A program made the translations under genes and the position numbers. A stretch of DNA of 64,000 bases from Methylotenera sp. (GTDB lineage Bacteria > Pseudomonadota > Gammaproteobacteria > Burkholderiales > Methylophilaceae), in NCBI GenBank assembly GCA_046595335.1, contig JBKJOT010000109.1:21006-85005 (forward strand), in the 5' to 3' direction. The notes under the pieces are model-generated. The model saw only the letters and a list, made by a program, of their open reading frames with translations, did not search any database and was not told the DNA's origin. Below, one piece after another: positions 53,459 to 62,908 of the stretch; position 1 is the first letter of the stretch, and each line of letters opens with the position of its first letter.

Positions 53459-56395
53459 TTACGCTTCTGTTTTAAGCTTGGCATCATCTTTGCCGGTAAA
53501 GGCAATCTGCTCTTCACTGAATTCCTTATAGTTTCTTTGCCATTCTGATAGCTGCGATACACGATGCACTTGCACAGCGGTCACTTTGAATTCCGGGCAA
53601 TTGGTCGCCCAATCTGAGTTGTCAGTCGTAATCACATTCGCGCCGGATTCAGGATGGTGGAATGTCGTGTAAATAACACCCGGTTGCACACGCTTCGTAA
53701 TTTTTGCACGAAGCACTGTTTCACCGGCACGGCTGGCGATACCTACCCAGTCATTTTCTTTGATACCGCGCTCTTCTGCATCATGTGGATGGATCTCTAC
53801 TAAATCCTCTGCATGCCATGCCACATTTTGAGTACGGCGAGTTTGCGCGCCGACATTATATTGAGACAAGATACGGCCAGTCGTCAAAATCAATGGGTAT
53901 TTTGGTGTGACTTTTTCGGTTGTTGGGACATATTGGGTCACAAAGAACTTGCCTTTACCGCGCACAAATTCATCAATATGCATCGTCGGCGTGCCTAGTG
54001 GAGTTTCATCATTACAAGGCCACTGGATGCTGCCAAGTTCGTCAAGTTTTTTGAAGCTTACCCCTTTGAACGTAGGCGTCAGAGCCGCTACTTCATCCAT
54101 AATATCTGAGGCATGCTGGTAATGCATAGGGTAACCCAGCGCATTGGATAACGCTGCGGTAATTTCCCAATCTTCCATGCCTGGCTCTTGTTTACCATTG
54201 ATGATCTGGCCATTTTTTGGCGTCATCACACGACGTACCGGTGAGATTCGGCGCTCGGCATTAGTAAATGTACCACTTTTCTCCAGAAATGAAGCACCTG
54301 GGAAGAAGACATGGGCAAACATCGCGGTTTCGTTGAGGAATAGGTCCTGCACAATTACACATTCCATGGATTCCAATGCATGCGTGACATGTTGCGTATT
54401 CGGGTCAGATTGCACGATATCTTCACCTACGCAATACAGAGCTTTAAAGCTCCCTTCAATCGCGAAATCCAACATATTCGGAATGCGCAAGCCTGGGTCA
54501 CTGCTTAATGGCCTGCCCCAAGCAGTTTCAAACAAGGCACGAGTAGCATCATCAGATACATGGCGGTAGCCGGGGAACTCATGCGGCATAGAACCCATAT
54601 CGCAGGAGCCTTGAACGTTATTCTGGCCACGCAACGGGTTCACACCCACACCTTCACGGCCAATATTGCCGGTTGCCATCGCCAGATTGGCAATACCCAT
54701 CACCATGGTAGAACCCTGACTATGCTCGGTCACGCCCAAGCCGTAATAAATCGCCGCATTACCGCCGGTAGCATATAGCCTTGCCGCTGCTCGGATATCC
54801 TGTGGCGGTACGCCCATTGTTAAACCCAATACTTCCGGTGAGTTTTCAGGCAAAGCGACAAAATCACGCCAAGCAACAAAAGAGTCCCATTCACAGCGCT
54901 CTTTCACAAAAGCCTCATTGACTAAGCCTTCAGTGACAATCACATGGCCTAAAGCTGATATCAGGGCTACGTTAGTACCCGGCTGCAATTTAAGATGATA
55001 GTCAGCTTTCACATGCGGTGAGTCGACCAAGTCGATTTTACGCGGGTCGGCAATAATTAACTTAGCCCCTTCGCGTAAACGACGTTTCATTTGTGAGGCA
55101 AATACCGGGTGACCATCGGTAGGGTTGGCACCAATCACCATGATGACATCAGATTTCATCACGGAATCAAATGTCTGGGTACCGGCAGATTCGCCTATCG
55201 TCTGTTTCAAGCCGTAACCGGTTGGAGAATGGCAAACGCGGGCGCAAGTATCGACGTTATTGGTGCCGAATACCGCTCGTACCAGTTTTTGGGTGACATA
55301 GACTTCTTCATTGGTGCAACGCGATGAAGTAATGCCTCCGACTGAATCCTTGCCGTATTTAGCTTGGATGCGAGCAATCTCGCTGGCAGCATAGTTAATC
55401 GCTTCGTCCCAACTGACTTGTTGCCATTCATCGTGAATACTTTTACGTATCATGGGAGTAGTGATACGATCTTTGTGGGTAGCGTAACCCCAAGCAAAAC
55501 GACCTTTTACACAAGAATGACCATGATTAGCGCCGCCGTTCTTATTCGGCACCATACGGATCACTTCCTCTCCTTTCATCTCGGCATTGAACGAGCAGCC
55601 GACGCCACAATAAGCGCAAGTGGTGGTAACACTATGTTCCGGAGTGCCGGCTTCAATGACAGTTTTTTCGATGAGTGTCGCGGTCGGGCAGGCTTGCACG
55701 CAAGCGCCGCAAGACACACATTCGGAATCCATAAAATTGCCTAGCCCTGACGCCACTTTAGAGTCAAAGCCTCGCCCAGAAATCGTCAGCGCATAGGTGC
55801 CTTGCGTTTCTTCACAGGCACGCACGCAGCGTGAGCAGACAATACATTTGCTTGGATCAAAGGTGAAATAGGGATTAGATTCGTCTTTCTCTGCTTTAAG
55901 ATGATTCTCACCGTCATAACCATAACGTACTTCACGCAGACCAACCGCACCTGCCATGTCTTGTAATTCACAATCGCCGTTTGCTGCACAGGTCAGGCAA
56001 TCCAATGGATGATCAGAGATATACAACTCCATAGTACCGCGGCGAATATCCGCTAATTTATCGGTCTGTGTCCGAACTTTTAAACCTTCCGCTACTGGCG
56101 TTGTACATGAGGCCGGATAACCACGGCGACCTTCGATCTCTACTACACATAAGCGGCATGAACCGAATGGCTCCAAACTATCCGTCGCACATAGCTTGGG
56201 CACATTGATACCCGCCATGATAGAGGCACGCATAATGGAGGTGCCTTCAGGCACGGTGATTTCCCTGTCATCAATCATCAATGTCACATTGGTAGCAGAT
56301 TGACTTGCCGGTGTACCGTAATCCAGCTGGTCGTCGTAATTGGTACGACTATGCTCGTGCTGATGATGGGTATTGCTGTATTTAATGTCGTCCAT
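53459..56395 (-). CDS. fdsA: NAD-linked formate dehydrogenase alpha subunit (Mo-bisMGD, Fe-S clusters), Cys-type
   Basis: 978 aa. N-terminal 2Fe-2S and 4Fe-4S Cys clusters (NuoG-like) followed by a molybdopterin oxidoreductase domain. The frame is uninterrupted, with no in-frame TGA. Confidence 0.95.
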   Translation of the reverse strand: MDDIKYSNTHHQHEHSRTNYDDQLDYGTPASQSATNVTLMIDDREITVPEGTSIMRASIMAGINVPKLCATDSLEPFGSCRLCVVEIEGRRGYPASCTTPVAEGLKVRTQTDKLADIRRGTMELYISDHPLDCLTCAANGDCELQDMAGAVGLREVRYGYDGENHLKAEKDESNPYFTFDPSKCIVCSRCVRACEETQGTYALTISGRGFDSKVASGLGNFMDSECVSCGACVQACPTATLIEKTVIEAGTPEHSVTTTCAYCGVGCSFNAEMKGEEVIRMVPNKNGGANHGHSCVKGRFAWGYATHKDRITTPMIRKSIHDEWQQVSWDEAINYAASEIARIQAKYGKDSVGGITSSRCTNEEVYVTQKLVRAVFGTNNVDTCARVCHSPTGYGLKQTIGESAGTQTFDSVMKSDVIMVIGANPTDGHPVFASQMKRRLREGAKLIIADPRKIDLVDSPHVKADYHLKLQPGTNVALISALGHVIVTEGLVNEAFVKERCEWDSFVAWRDFVALPENSPEVLGLTMGVPPQDIRAAARLYATGGNAAIYYGLGVTEHSQGSTMVMGIANLAMATGNIGREGVGVNPLRGQNNVQGSCDMGSMPHEFPGYRHVSDDATRALFETAWGRPLSSDPGLRIPNMLDFAIEGSFKALYCVGEDIVQSDPNTQHVTHALESMECVIVQDLFLNETAMFAHVFFPGASFLEKSGTFTNAERRISPVRRVMTPKNGQIINGKQEPGMEDWEITAALSNALGYPMHYQHASDIMDEVAALTPTFKGVSFKKLDELGSIQWPCNDETPLGTPTMHIDEFVRGKGKFFVTQYVPTTEKVTPKYPLILTTGRILSQYNVGAQTRRTQNVAWHAEDLVEIHPHDAEERGIKENDWVGIASRAGETVLRAKITKRVQPGVIYTTFHHPESGANVITTDNSDWATNCPEFKVTAVQVHRVSQLSEWQRNYKEFSEEQIAFTGKDDAKLKTEA

Positions 56396-56411
56396 ATGGC
56401 CTCTTCGCAGC

Positions 56412-57968
56412 TTACGCCGCGACTTTCACGATCTTTTGACTATTAAAATCTTCAGGGAAATGATTCAAAGCGCTTAATACCGGATAAGGCGTCATACCAC
56501 CCAGCGCACATAGCGAACCATTTAACATGGTATCGCTCAGGTCCCGAATCAACTGTATATTCTTCACGGTATCTTTACCAGCAATAATCTTATCCACGAC
56601 TTCTGACCCGCGCACTGAGCCGATACGGCAAGGCGTACATTTGCCGCATGATTCAATGGCACAGAATTCAAAGGCGTAACGCGCCATTTTTGCCATATCC
56701 ACAGTATCGTCAAACGCAACAATACCGCCATGACCCAATACTGCCCAGATTTTGCTGAACTCTTCGTAATCCAGCGGCGTATCAAACTGAGACTCTGGCA
56801 GGAATGCGCCTAACGGGCCACCTACCTGCACAGCGCGTATCGGGCGACCACTAAATGAACCGCCACCGTAATCGTAAAGCAGCTCGCGTAAAGTCACACC
56901 GAACGCCAATTCAACCAAGCCTCCATGCTTGATATTGCCAGCGAGCTGGATAGGCAATGTGCCACGCGAACGGCCCATGCCGTAATCGGCATAATACTGC
57001 GCGCCTTTATCAAGAATAATCGGCACACTCGCCAGTGAAATAACGTTATTCACCACCGTTGGTTTACCAAATAAGCCCTCTACCGCTGGCAGTGGCGGTT
57101 TAAAACGCACCAGACCGCGCTTACCTTCCAGGCTTTCGAGCATGGAGGTTTCTTCACCGCATACATAAGCACCTGCGGCACGGCGTACCTCTAAATGAAA
57201 AGTCTTGCCGCTGCCCAAAACATTTTCGCCTAAATAACCGGCCTTATTCGCAGTTTCAATGGCTGCATTTAATGTTACCAAAGCATGAGGATATTCTGAA
57301 CGCAGGTAAATGTAGCCTTGGGTAGCTCCAACAGCGATGCCAGCGATGGTCATACCCTCAATCAGCACGAAAGGGTCGCCTTCCATAACCATACGGTCGG
57401 AGTAGGTACCCGAATCGCCTTCATCGGCGTTACAGACGATATATTTGGTGTCAGATTCGCAACCTAATACGGTTTTCCATTTGATACCTGTTGGGAATGC
57501 GGCGCCGCCACGTCCACGCAAACCAGAATCCGTCACGGTTTGTACGATATCGGCACCGGACATTCTGAGCGCATTATTGAGGCCTTTGTAGCCATCATGT
57601 GCGAGGTAATCATCCAGTGAAACTGGATCAATAATTCCGACACGGGCAAAAGTTAAACGCTGCTGTTTTTTAAGCCAGTCGATTTCGTCGGTTAAGCCAA
57701 GGAATAGTGGATGCGGTTTTGCGTTCAAAAAATCTGCATCCAAAAGGCTCGTTACATCAGTGGTTTTCACCGGACCATAGGCCATACGACCTTTATCTGT
57801 TTCAACTTCTACCAGCGTTTCCAACCAGTACAAACCTCGAGAGCCATTGCGAATAACTTCCACATCCAGATTACGCAATTTCGCTTCTGCTTGGATTGCA
57901 ACTGCAACTTTTTCTGCCCCCATGGATAAAGCGCTGGAGTCACGAGGAATATATATTTTATAGGTCAT
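56412..57968 (-). CDS. fdsB: Formate dehydrogenase beta subunit (NuoF-like, FMN/NAD-binding)
   Basis: 518 aa. GRGGAAFPTG, NADEGDSGT and ESCGKCTPCR motifs. Confidence 0.9.
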   Translation of the reverse strand: MTYKIYIPRDSSALSMGAEKVAVAIQAEAKLRNLDVEVIRNGSRGLYWLETLVEVETDKGRMAYGPVKTTDVTSLLDADFLNAKPHPLFLGLTDEIDWLKKQQRLTFARVGIIDPVSLDDYLAHDGYKGLNNALRMSGADIVQTVTDSGLRGRGGAAFPTGIKWKTVLGCESDTKYIVCNADEGDSGTYSDRMVMEGDPFVLIEGMTIAGIAVGATQGYIYLRSEYPHALVTLNAAIETANKAGYLGENVLGSGKTFHLEVRRAAGAYVCGEETSMLESLEGKRGLVRFKPPLPAVEGLFGKPTVVNNVISLASVPIILDKGAQYYADYGMGRSRGTLPIQLAGNIKHGGLVELAFGVTLRELLYDYGGGSFSGRPIRAVQVGGPLGAFLPESQFDTPLDYEEFSKIWAVLGHGGIVAFDDTVDMAKMARYAFEFCAIESCGKCTPCRIGSVRGSEVVDKIIAGKDTVKNIQLIRDLSDTMLNGSLCALGGMTPYPVLSALNHFPEDFNSQKIVKVAA

Positions 57969-57969
57969 G

Positions 57970-58488
57970 TTAAGCCACCACTTTTGAATTTAATTCAGCT
58001 GTATTTAACTCTGCTACCAGCGCATCCAACTCTGCAGGGCTAACACGACCATAGACTTCTTCATCCAGCATGATATTTGGTGATAGTGCGCAATTACCTA
58101 AGCAATACACGGGCTCTAATGTGATGCCCTGGTCAGCGGTAGTTTGATGATAGTCAATATTCAAACATTTTTTAACATGCACTTCCAACGCCTCAGAACC
58201 CATGGCCTGACAAGACTCTGCGCGACAAATCTGCAAAATATGACGGCCTGGTTTGAAGGTTCGGAAATGATGATAAAAACTCACCACACCATGCACTTCT
58301 GCAACTGATAAATTCAAGCCCTTGGAGATTAAAGCATAAGACCATTCAGGCACGTAATCAAGGCTATCTTGAATGGCATGCAATAAAGGTAATAAAGCAC
58401 CCGGCTTATGTTGATACTCAGCGATTAACGCATCTACTTTTGTCTGCAAGTCATGCAACTTAATCTCTCCAAAAAGACTAGCACTCAA
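57970..58488 (-). CDS. fdsG: Formate dehydrogenase gamma subunit (NuoE-like 2Fe-2S)
   Basis: 172 aa. [13 protein letters not shown] and Cys motifs CRAESC...CLGNC. The start is apparently TTG, with no in-frame ATG nearby. Confidence 0.85.
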   Translation of the reverse strand: MSASLFGEIKLHDLQTKVDALIAEYQHKPGALLPLLHAIQDSLDYVPEWSYALISKGLNLSVAEVHGVVSFYHHFRTFKPGRHILQICRAESCQAMGSEALEVHVKKCLNIDYHQTTADQGITLEPVYCLGNCALSPNIMLDEEVYGRVSPAELDALVAELNTAELNSKVVA

Positions 58489-58545
58489 GTGCTATACAAA
58501 GTGGTATATTACACTGATTAAATGCATTATTAAATACGACAATTC

Positions 58546-59595
58546 ATGATGTTGAAAGTGCCAAACTCCTCACAAATACTGGCAGAACATGGTTCTGTAA
58601 AAACACCTGCAAGCCTGATTGATCAATTTGGCCGAAAAGTGGATTACATCCGTTTATCCATTACCGACCGTTGTGATTTCCGCTGTGTGTACTGCATGGG
58701 CGAAGACATGCAATTTTTGCCGCGCGATGAAGTATTGAGTCTGGAAGAATGCGCACGATTGGTAAAAGCCTTTGTTTCGCTGGGCGTCAGCAAGGTACGC
58801 ATTACGGGTGGTGAGCCGCTGGTACGCAAGAGTGCATTGTGGCTATTTGAAGAAGTTGGTCAGTTGGAAGGCCTGCAAGAGTTAGTACTCACTACCAACG
58901 GCAGCCAACTAGAAAAACAGGCACAAGATTTACGCAATGCCGGTGTGAAACGCATCAATATTAGTGTCGATAGCCTGGATGCGAATCGCTTTAAGAAAAT
59001 TACCCGTACTGGCGAGTTAGATAAAGTATTACGTGGCATACAGGCCGCCAAGCGAACGGGCTTTGATAATATCAAGCTCAATACCGTGCTGATGCGCGGC
59101 ATCAATGATGACGAGGCAACATCATTGGTAGATTTTGCGATTGAACAGGAGCTGGATATTTCCTTCATTGAGGAAATGCCATTAGGTGAAGTTGATCATT
59201 CCCGCGAATCCACATTTGTCAGCAATACTGACACGCTGAATACCTTACAAAACAGGTATTCACTTGTTCCAAGTACCGAGACTACGGGCGGCCCTGCGCG
59301 TTATTGGCGGGTGGCTAATACGAACACCAAGATCGGTTTTATATCGCCGCATTCGCATAACTTCTGTGAATCTTGCAACCGCGTTCGTATCACCTGCAAA
59401 GGCGAGTTGTACTTATGTTTAGGCCAGGAAGACAAAGTCGATTTGATGCCATTATTGAGAAACCATCCTGACGATGACCAACCTTTGATTGATGCGATTA
59501 TAGGCAGCATGGCGATCAAACCCAAAGGTCATGACTTTGATTTACGGCGTGCTGAGCCCGCCGTGATAAGGTTTATGTCGCATACTGGCGGTTAG
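58546..59595 (+). CDS. moaA: GTP 3',8-cyclase (radical SAM)
   Basis: 349 aa. YIRLSITDRCDFRCVYCM radical-SAM motif and C-terminal CxxCNRxR cluster. Confidence 0.95.
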   Translation: MMLKVPNSSQILAEHGSVKTPASLIDQFGRKVDYIRLSITDRCDFRCVYCMGEDMQFLPRDEVLSLEECARLVKAFVSLGVSKVRITGGEPLVRKSALWLFEEVGQLEGLQELVLTTNGSQLEKQAQDLRNAGVKRINISVDSLDANRFKKITRTGELDKVLRGIQAAKRTGFDNIKLNTVLMRGINDDEATSLVDFAIEQELDISFIEEMPLGEVDHSRESTFVSNTDTLNTLQNRYSLVPSTETTGGPARYWRVANTNTKIGFISPHSHNFCESCNRVRITCKGELYLCLGQEDKVDLMPLLRNHPDDDQPLIDAIIGSMAIKPKGHDFDLRRAEPAVIRFMSHTGG

Positions 59596-59601
59596 TTGCC
59601 C

Positions 59602-60189
59602 ATGCGGATTTCCAGCATCATACTTTCAGGCGGTCTTGCCACGCGTATGGGCGGCATTGATAAAGGTTTAGTTGAATTACAAAAAAAACCACTTGTGCAA
59701 TATGTTATTGAACGCCTGATTCCGCAGACTGATGAAATCCTCATTAACGCTAATCGCGAAATTACAAAATATCAGGCTTTTAATTTGCCCATCCTGCAAG
59801 ATGAAACTCCTGACTTTATCGGTCCTTTAGCAGGCTTTAGCCTTGGCCTAAAACATGCCAGACATGACTATCTGCTAACGGTACCATGTGATTCCCCCCT
59901 GGTGCCGCTAGATTTAGCAGAACGTTTATACGCTAGCCTGATTAAACACAATGCTGATATTGCTGTCGCGGCTAGCGACGGCCATGCACATCCGGTATTC
60001 AGTCTGTGTAAAAAGAGCGTATTGCCAGCCCTTACAAAATACCTGCAACAAGGTGAGCGTAAGGTGAGTGCTTGGCAAAAAAGTCTGACTTACATTGAAG
60101 TAGATTTCAGTGATAATGCTGATACATTTATTAACCTGAATACGCTTGTAGAGCTAAAAGCACTAGAGTTGAAATTAGAACATGAGTAA
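59602..60189 (+). CDS. mobA: Molybdenum cofactor guanylyltransferase
   Basis: ILSGGLATRMGG.DKGL and TVPCDSP motifs. I prefer ATG 59602; the TTG at 59596 is an alternative start. Confidence 0.9.
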   Translation: MRISSIILSGGLATRMGGIDKGLVELQKKPLVQYVIERLIPQTDEILINANREITKYQAFNLPILQDETPDFIGPLAGFSLGLKHARHDYLLTVPCDSPLVPLDLAERLYASLIKHNADIAVAASDGHAHPVFSLCKKSVLPALTKYLQQGERKVSAWQKSLTYIEVDFSDNADTFINLNTLVELKALELKLEHE

Positions 60190-60715
60190 TAAATTACCAA
60201 TCTTGGGTATTTGTGCTGCTGGCTCCAATGCCGGTAAGACCACCTTAATCACGCAACTGATACCGGAACTGGCAATACGTAATATACGGGTTTCGGTTAT
60301 TAAACATGCGCATCACCAGTTTGACATCGACCATCCTGGCAAGGATAGTTTTAGTATCCGCGAAGCCGGTGCTGTACAGACGCTAATCGCTTCTGGTAAA
60401 CGCTGGGCACTGATGACAGAAATGACGCGTACGCCTAATTATTCTGATGAAGCGATTTTGGCTGAGTTACTTGATCAAATTAATCCTCATTATGCTGACC
60501 TGATTCTAGTTGAAGGTTTCAAACACTCAGCTATTCCAAAAATCGAAGTGTATAGGTCTAGTGTGCACCAAACGGTATTGGCTCGCGAGGATGAAAATAT
60601 TATTGCTGTGGCAACTGATAAACCATTGGAATTGAACATTCCTGTTCTAGACTTAAATAATATTTCTGTGATTGCTGACTTTATAATGGCAAAAGTGCTT
60701 ACTGCAAATTCATAA
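60182..60715 (+). CDS. mobB: Molybdopterin-guanine dinucleotide biosynthesis adaptor MobB
   Basis: 177 aa. P-loop GSNAGKTTL and VIKHAHH motif. Overlaps mobA by 8 nt. Confidence 0.85.
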   Translation: MSNKLPILGICAAGSNAGKTTLITQLIPELAIRNIRVSVIKHAHHQFDIDHPGKDSFSIREAGAVQTLIASGKRWALMTEMTRTPNYSDEAILAELLDQINPHYADLILVEGFKHSAIPKIEVYRSSVHQTVLAREDENIIAVATDKPLELNIPVLDLNNISVIADFIMAKVLTANS

Positions 60716-60716
60716 T

Positions 60717-62000
60717 ATGACAACTTCTACACCACTTTCCCAAATTATCGCCGACCCTAGTTGCATGGATGACTACGACCCGAATTCCATGCCTGTCGAT
60801 AAAGCCCGCCTATTCATTAAGCAATACCTGAACCCAGTATCACAAACCGAAAATATATCGTTATGCGATAGCATGGGTCGTATATTAGCTGCCGATATTC
60901 ACTCCCCCGCAAATGTCCCCAACTATGATAATTCCGCCATGGATGGTTATGCTTTTAACTCAGCCGATGTTCAGCCCAGCAGTTCAACCACATTAAAAAT
61001 AATCGGCACTGCTTTTGCAGGGGGTGCTTACGCAGGCAAAGTAGCTAGCGGCGAATGTGTACGCATCATGACTGGCGGCATGCTTCCAGCTGGAACAGAT
61101 AGTGTCATCATGCAAGAAAGAACCAGCGTAAAAGATAAGGAAATCACTTTTACCGAATCGATTAAACCTGGCAGGAACGTACGCTATGCAGGTGAAGACC
61201 TGAAGCAAGGGCAAGTGGTATTAGCGGCTGGACATATGATGCAAGCGGCGGACTTGGGCTTGATCGCCTCTTTAGGCATAGATTGCGTTAGTGTCTACCG
61301 CAAGCTCAAGGTCGCATTTTTCTCTACCGGCGATGAATTAGTCAGTGTAGGTAAAGCTCTACAATCCGGTCAGGTCTATGATAGCAATCGCTATTCAATA
61401 TTCGGTATGCTCAGTCGCTTAGGAGTAGACACCATTGATCTGGGTGCGATTCCGGATGACCCGGATTTATTGGAGTGCACTTTACTATCAGCCGCAGAGC
61501 AAGCAGATGTGGTCATTACTAGTGGCGGCGTCTCTGTGGGCGAAGCGGACTACATGAAACTATTGCTGGCGAAACATGGTCAAGTAGTATTCTGGAAGAT
61601 AGCAATGAAACCAGGCCGACCCTTGGCTTACGGCAAAGTTGGCAATGCACATTATTTCGGTTTGCCAGGTAACCCGGTAGCGGTTATGGTGACTTTTTAC
61701 CAGTTTGTCCGTGAGGCTATGTTGTTTCTGATGGGCCAGACCAATCCGCAACCATTGCCGATTTTCAATGTAGTCTGCACAGAAAATATTAAGAAACTTG
61801 CCGGTCGTACGGAGTTTCAGCGTGGCATTTTGTTTGCGGATGTGGATGGTAGCTGGAAGGTAAAACCAACCGGCAACCAGGGTTCTGGAATACTAAGCTC
61901 TATGTCCTTGGCCAATTGCTTTATTGTACTGCATGAGTCTTTAGGCAATATCGAGGCAGGAAATATCGTTCCCGTGCAAGTGTTAAAGGGTATTATTTAG
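60717..62000 (+). CDS. moeA: Molybdopterin molybdotransferase
   Basis: 427 aa. NSAMDGYA, SGGVSVGEADY and PGNPVA motifs. Confidence 0.95.
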   Translation: MTTSTPLSQIIADPSCMDDYDPNSMPVDKARLFIKQYLNPVSQTENISLCDSMGRILAADIHSPANVPNYDNSAMDGYAFNSADVQPSSSTTLKIIGTAFAGGAYAGKVASGECVRIMTGGMLPAGTDSVIMQERTSVKDKEITFTESIKPGRNVRYAGEDLKQGQVVLAAGHMMQAADLGLIASLGIDCVSVYRKLKVAFFSTGDELVSVGKALQSGQVYDSNRYSIFGMLSRLGVDTIDLGAIPDDPDLLECTLLSAAEQADVVITSGGVSVGEADYMKLLLAKHGQVVFWKIAMKPGRPLAYGKVGNAHYFGLPGNPVAVMVTFYQFVREAMLFLMGQTNPQPLPIFNVVCTENIKKLAGRTEFQRGILFADVDGSWKVKPTGNQGSGILSSMSLANCFIVLHESLGNIEAGNIVPVQVLKGII

Positions 62001-62131
62001 CACAGCAACTAGCATGCGTTGTCAACTTGGCTATAAACAACCAATAGTAATTATTATTCAATAGCTTATATTCCTTGTTGTATAATTTTCCGTTTAATTA
62101 ATCCAGGCGTGACTTTTTAGGTTTTGTAGCT

Positions 62132-62872
62132 TTGAATATTGCCGTAAAAAAAATTGATAATAAAACTGGCTTTAGTGAATCTACACTTCTTTGGGCAATC
62201 ATCTGTTCCATTCTGCTACATGTATTACTGGTAGCAGTTATTCCGAACATTAAATTCGATACTCCTAAAAAACCTGAAATATTGGAAATCCAGCTGGCTA
62301 AGCCAGAGCCGCCGCCAGTAGTAACTCCTCAGCCAGAACCGCCGAAACCTGAGCCAGTCAAACCGGAACCGATTAAACCTAAAAACGAACCTAAGCCAAT
62401 AGTAAAACCTGCACCGGTCATTGTGCATAAAGAAGAATTGGCGCCCTTACAGCCTAGCCCCCCACCGTCACAGCCAAGCCCGCCGGAAGTGATTACTGCA
62501 GCGCCTAAAGCAGAAACCCCTCCGGTCGTTGCACCTCCACCGCCAAAACCGACCGTGACTCCTGCAGAAATCGACCAAGCTCATGAAGGCTATGGCACTA
62601 CCTTATTTAATGCGATTAGCAAATTCAAGAAATACCCTAGAATCGCGTTGACCCGTGGCTGGGAAGGCAAGGTAATCGTGGAGCTTTCGTTAGATGGCAA
62701 CGGTAAACTTAAATCCAAAAAAATCATTCAGAACAGCGGTTATGAAATCCTAGACCAGCAAGCCTTGGAAATGGTGGATAAAGCCCTGCCATTCCCAGAG
62801 CCACCGGAAGCATTGCGTGGCAGCGGTTTTACCATTCGTGTGCCGATTCCATTCAAGCTTGAGCAGCCTTAA
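62132..62872 (+). CDS. tonB: Energy transducer TonB
   Basis: 246 aa. N-terminal TM helix, a Pro-rich (EP/KP) spacer and a C-terminal TonB domain (YPRIALTRGWEGKV...F). The start is apparently TTG. Confidence 0.8.
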   Translation: MNIAVKKIDNKTGFSESTLLWAIICSILLHVLLVAVIPNIKFDTPKKPEILEIQLAKPEPPPVVTPQPEPPKPEPVKPEPIKPKNEPKPIVKPAPVIVHKEELAPLQPSPPPSQPSPPEVITAAPKAETPPVVAPPPPKPTVTPAEIDQAHEGYGTTLFNAISKFKKYPRIALTRGWEGKVIVELSLDGNGKLKSKKIIQNSGYEILDQQALEMVDKALPFPEPPEALRGSGFTIRVPIPFKLEQP

Positions 62873-62908
62873 CTCACCCAAGGGCAACACTCATGGCAGT
62901 ATCCACAC

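Noticed and set aside
53459-56395. Checked fdsA for an in-frame TGA (selenocysteine) or a split gene
   Set aside because: The 978-codon frame is uninterrupted, consistent with a Cys-type NAD-linked FDH. No SECIS element is needed.
58489-58545. Looked for a Moco riboswitch upstream of moaA
   Set aside because: The spacer is only 57 nt, far shorter than the ~130-150-nt Moco RNA motif, and I could see no matching conserved helices.
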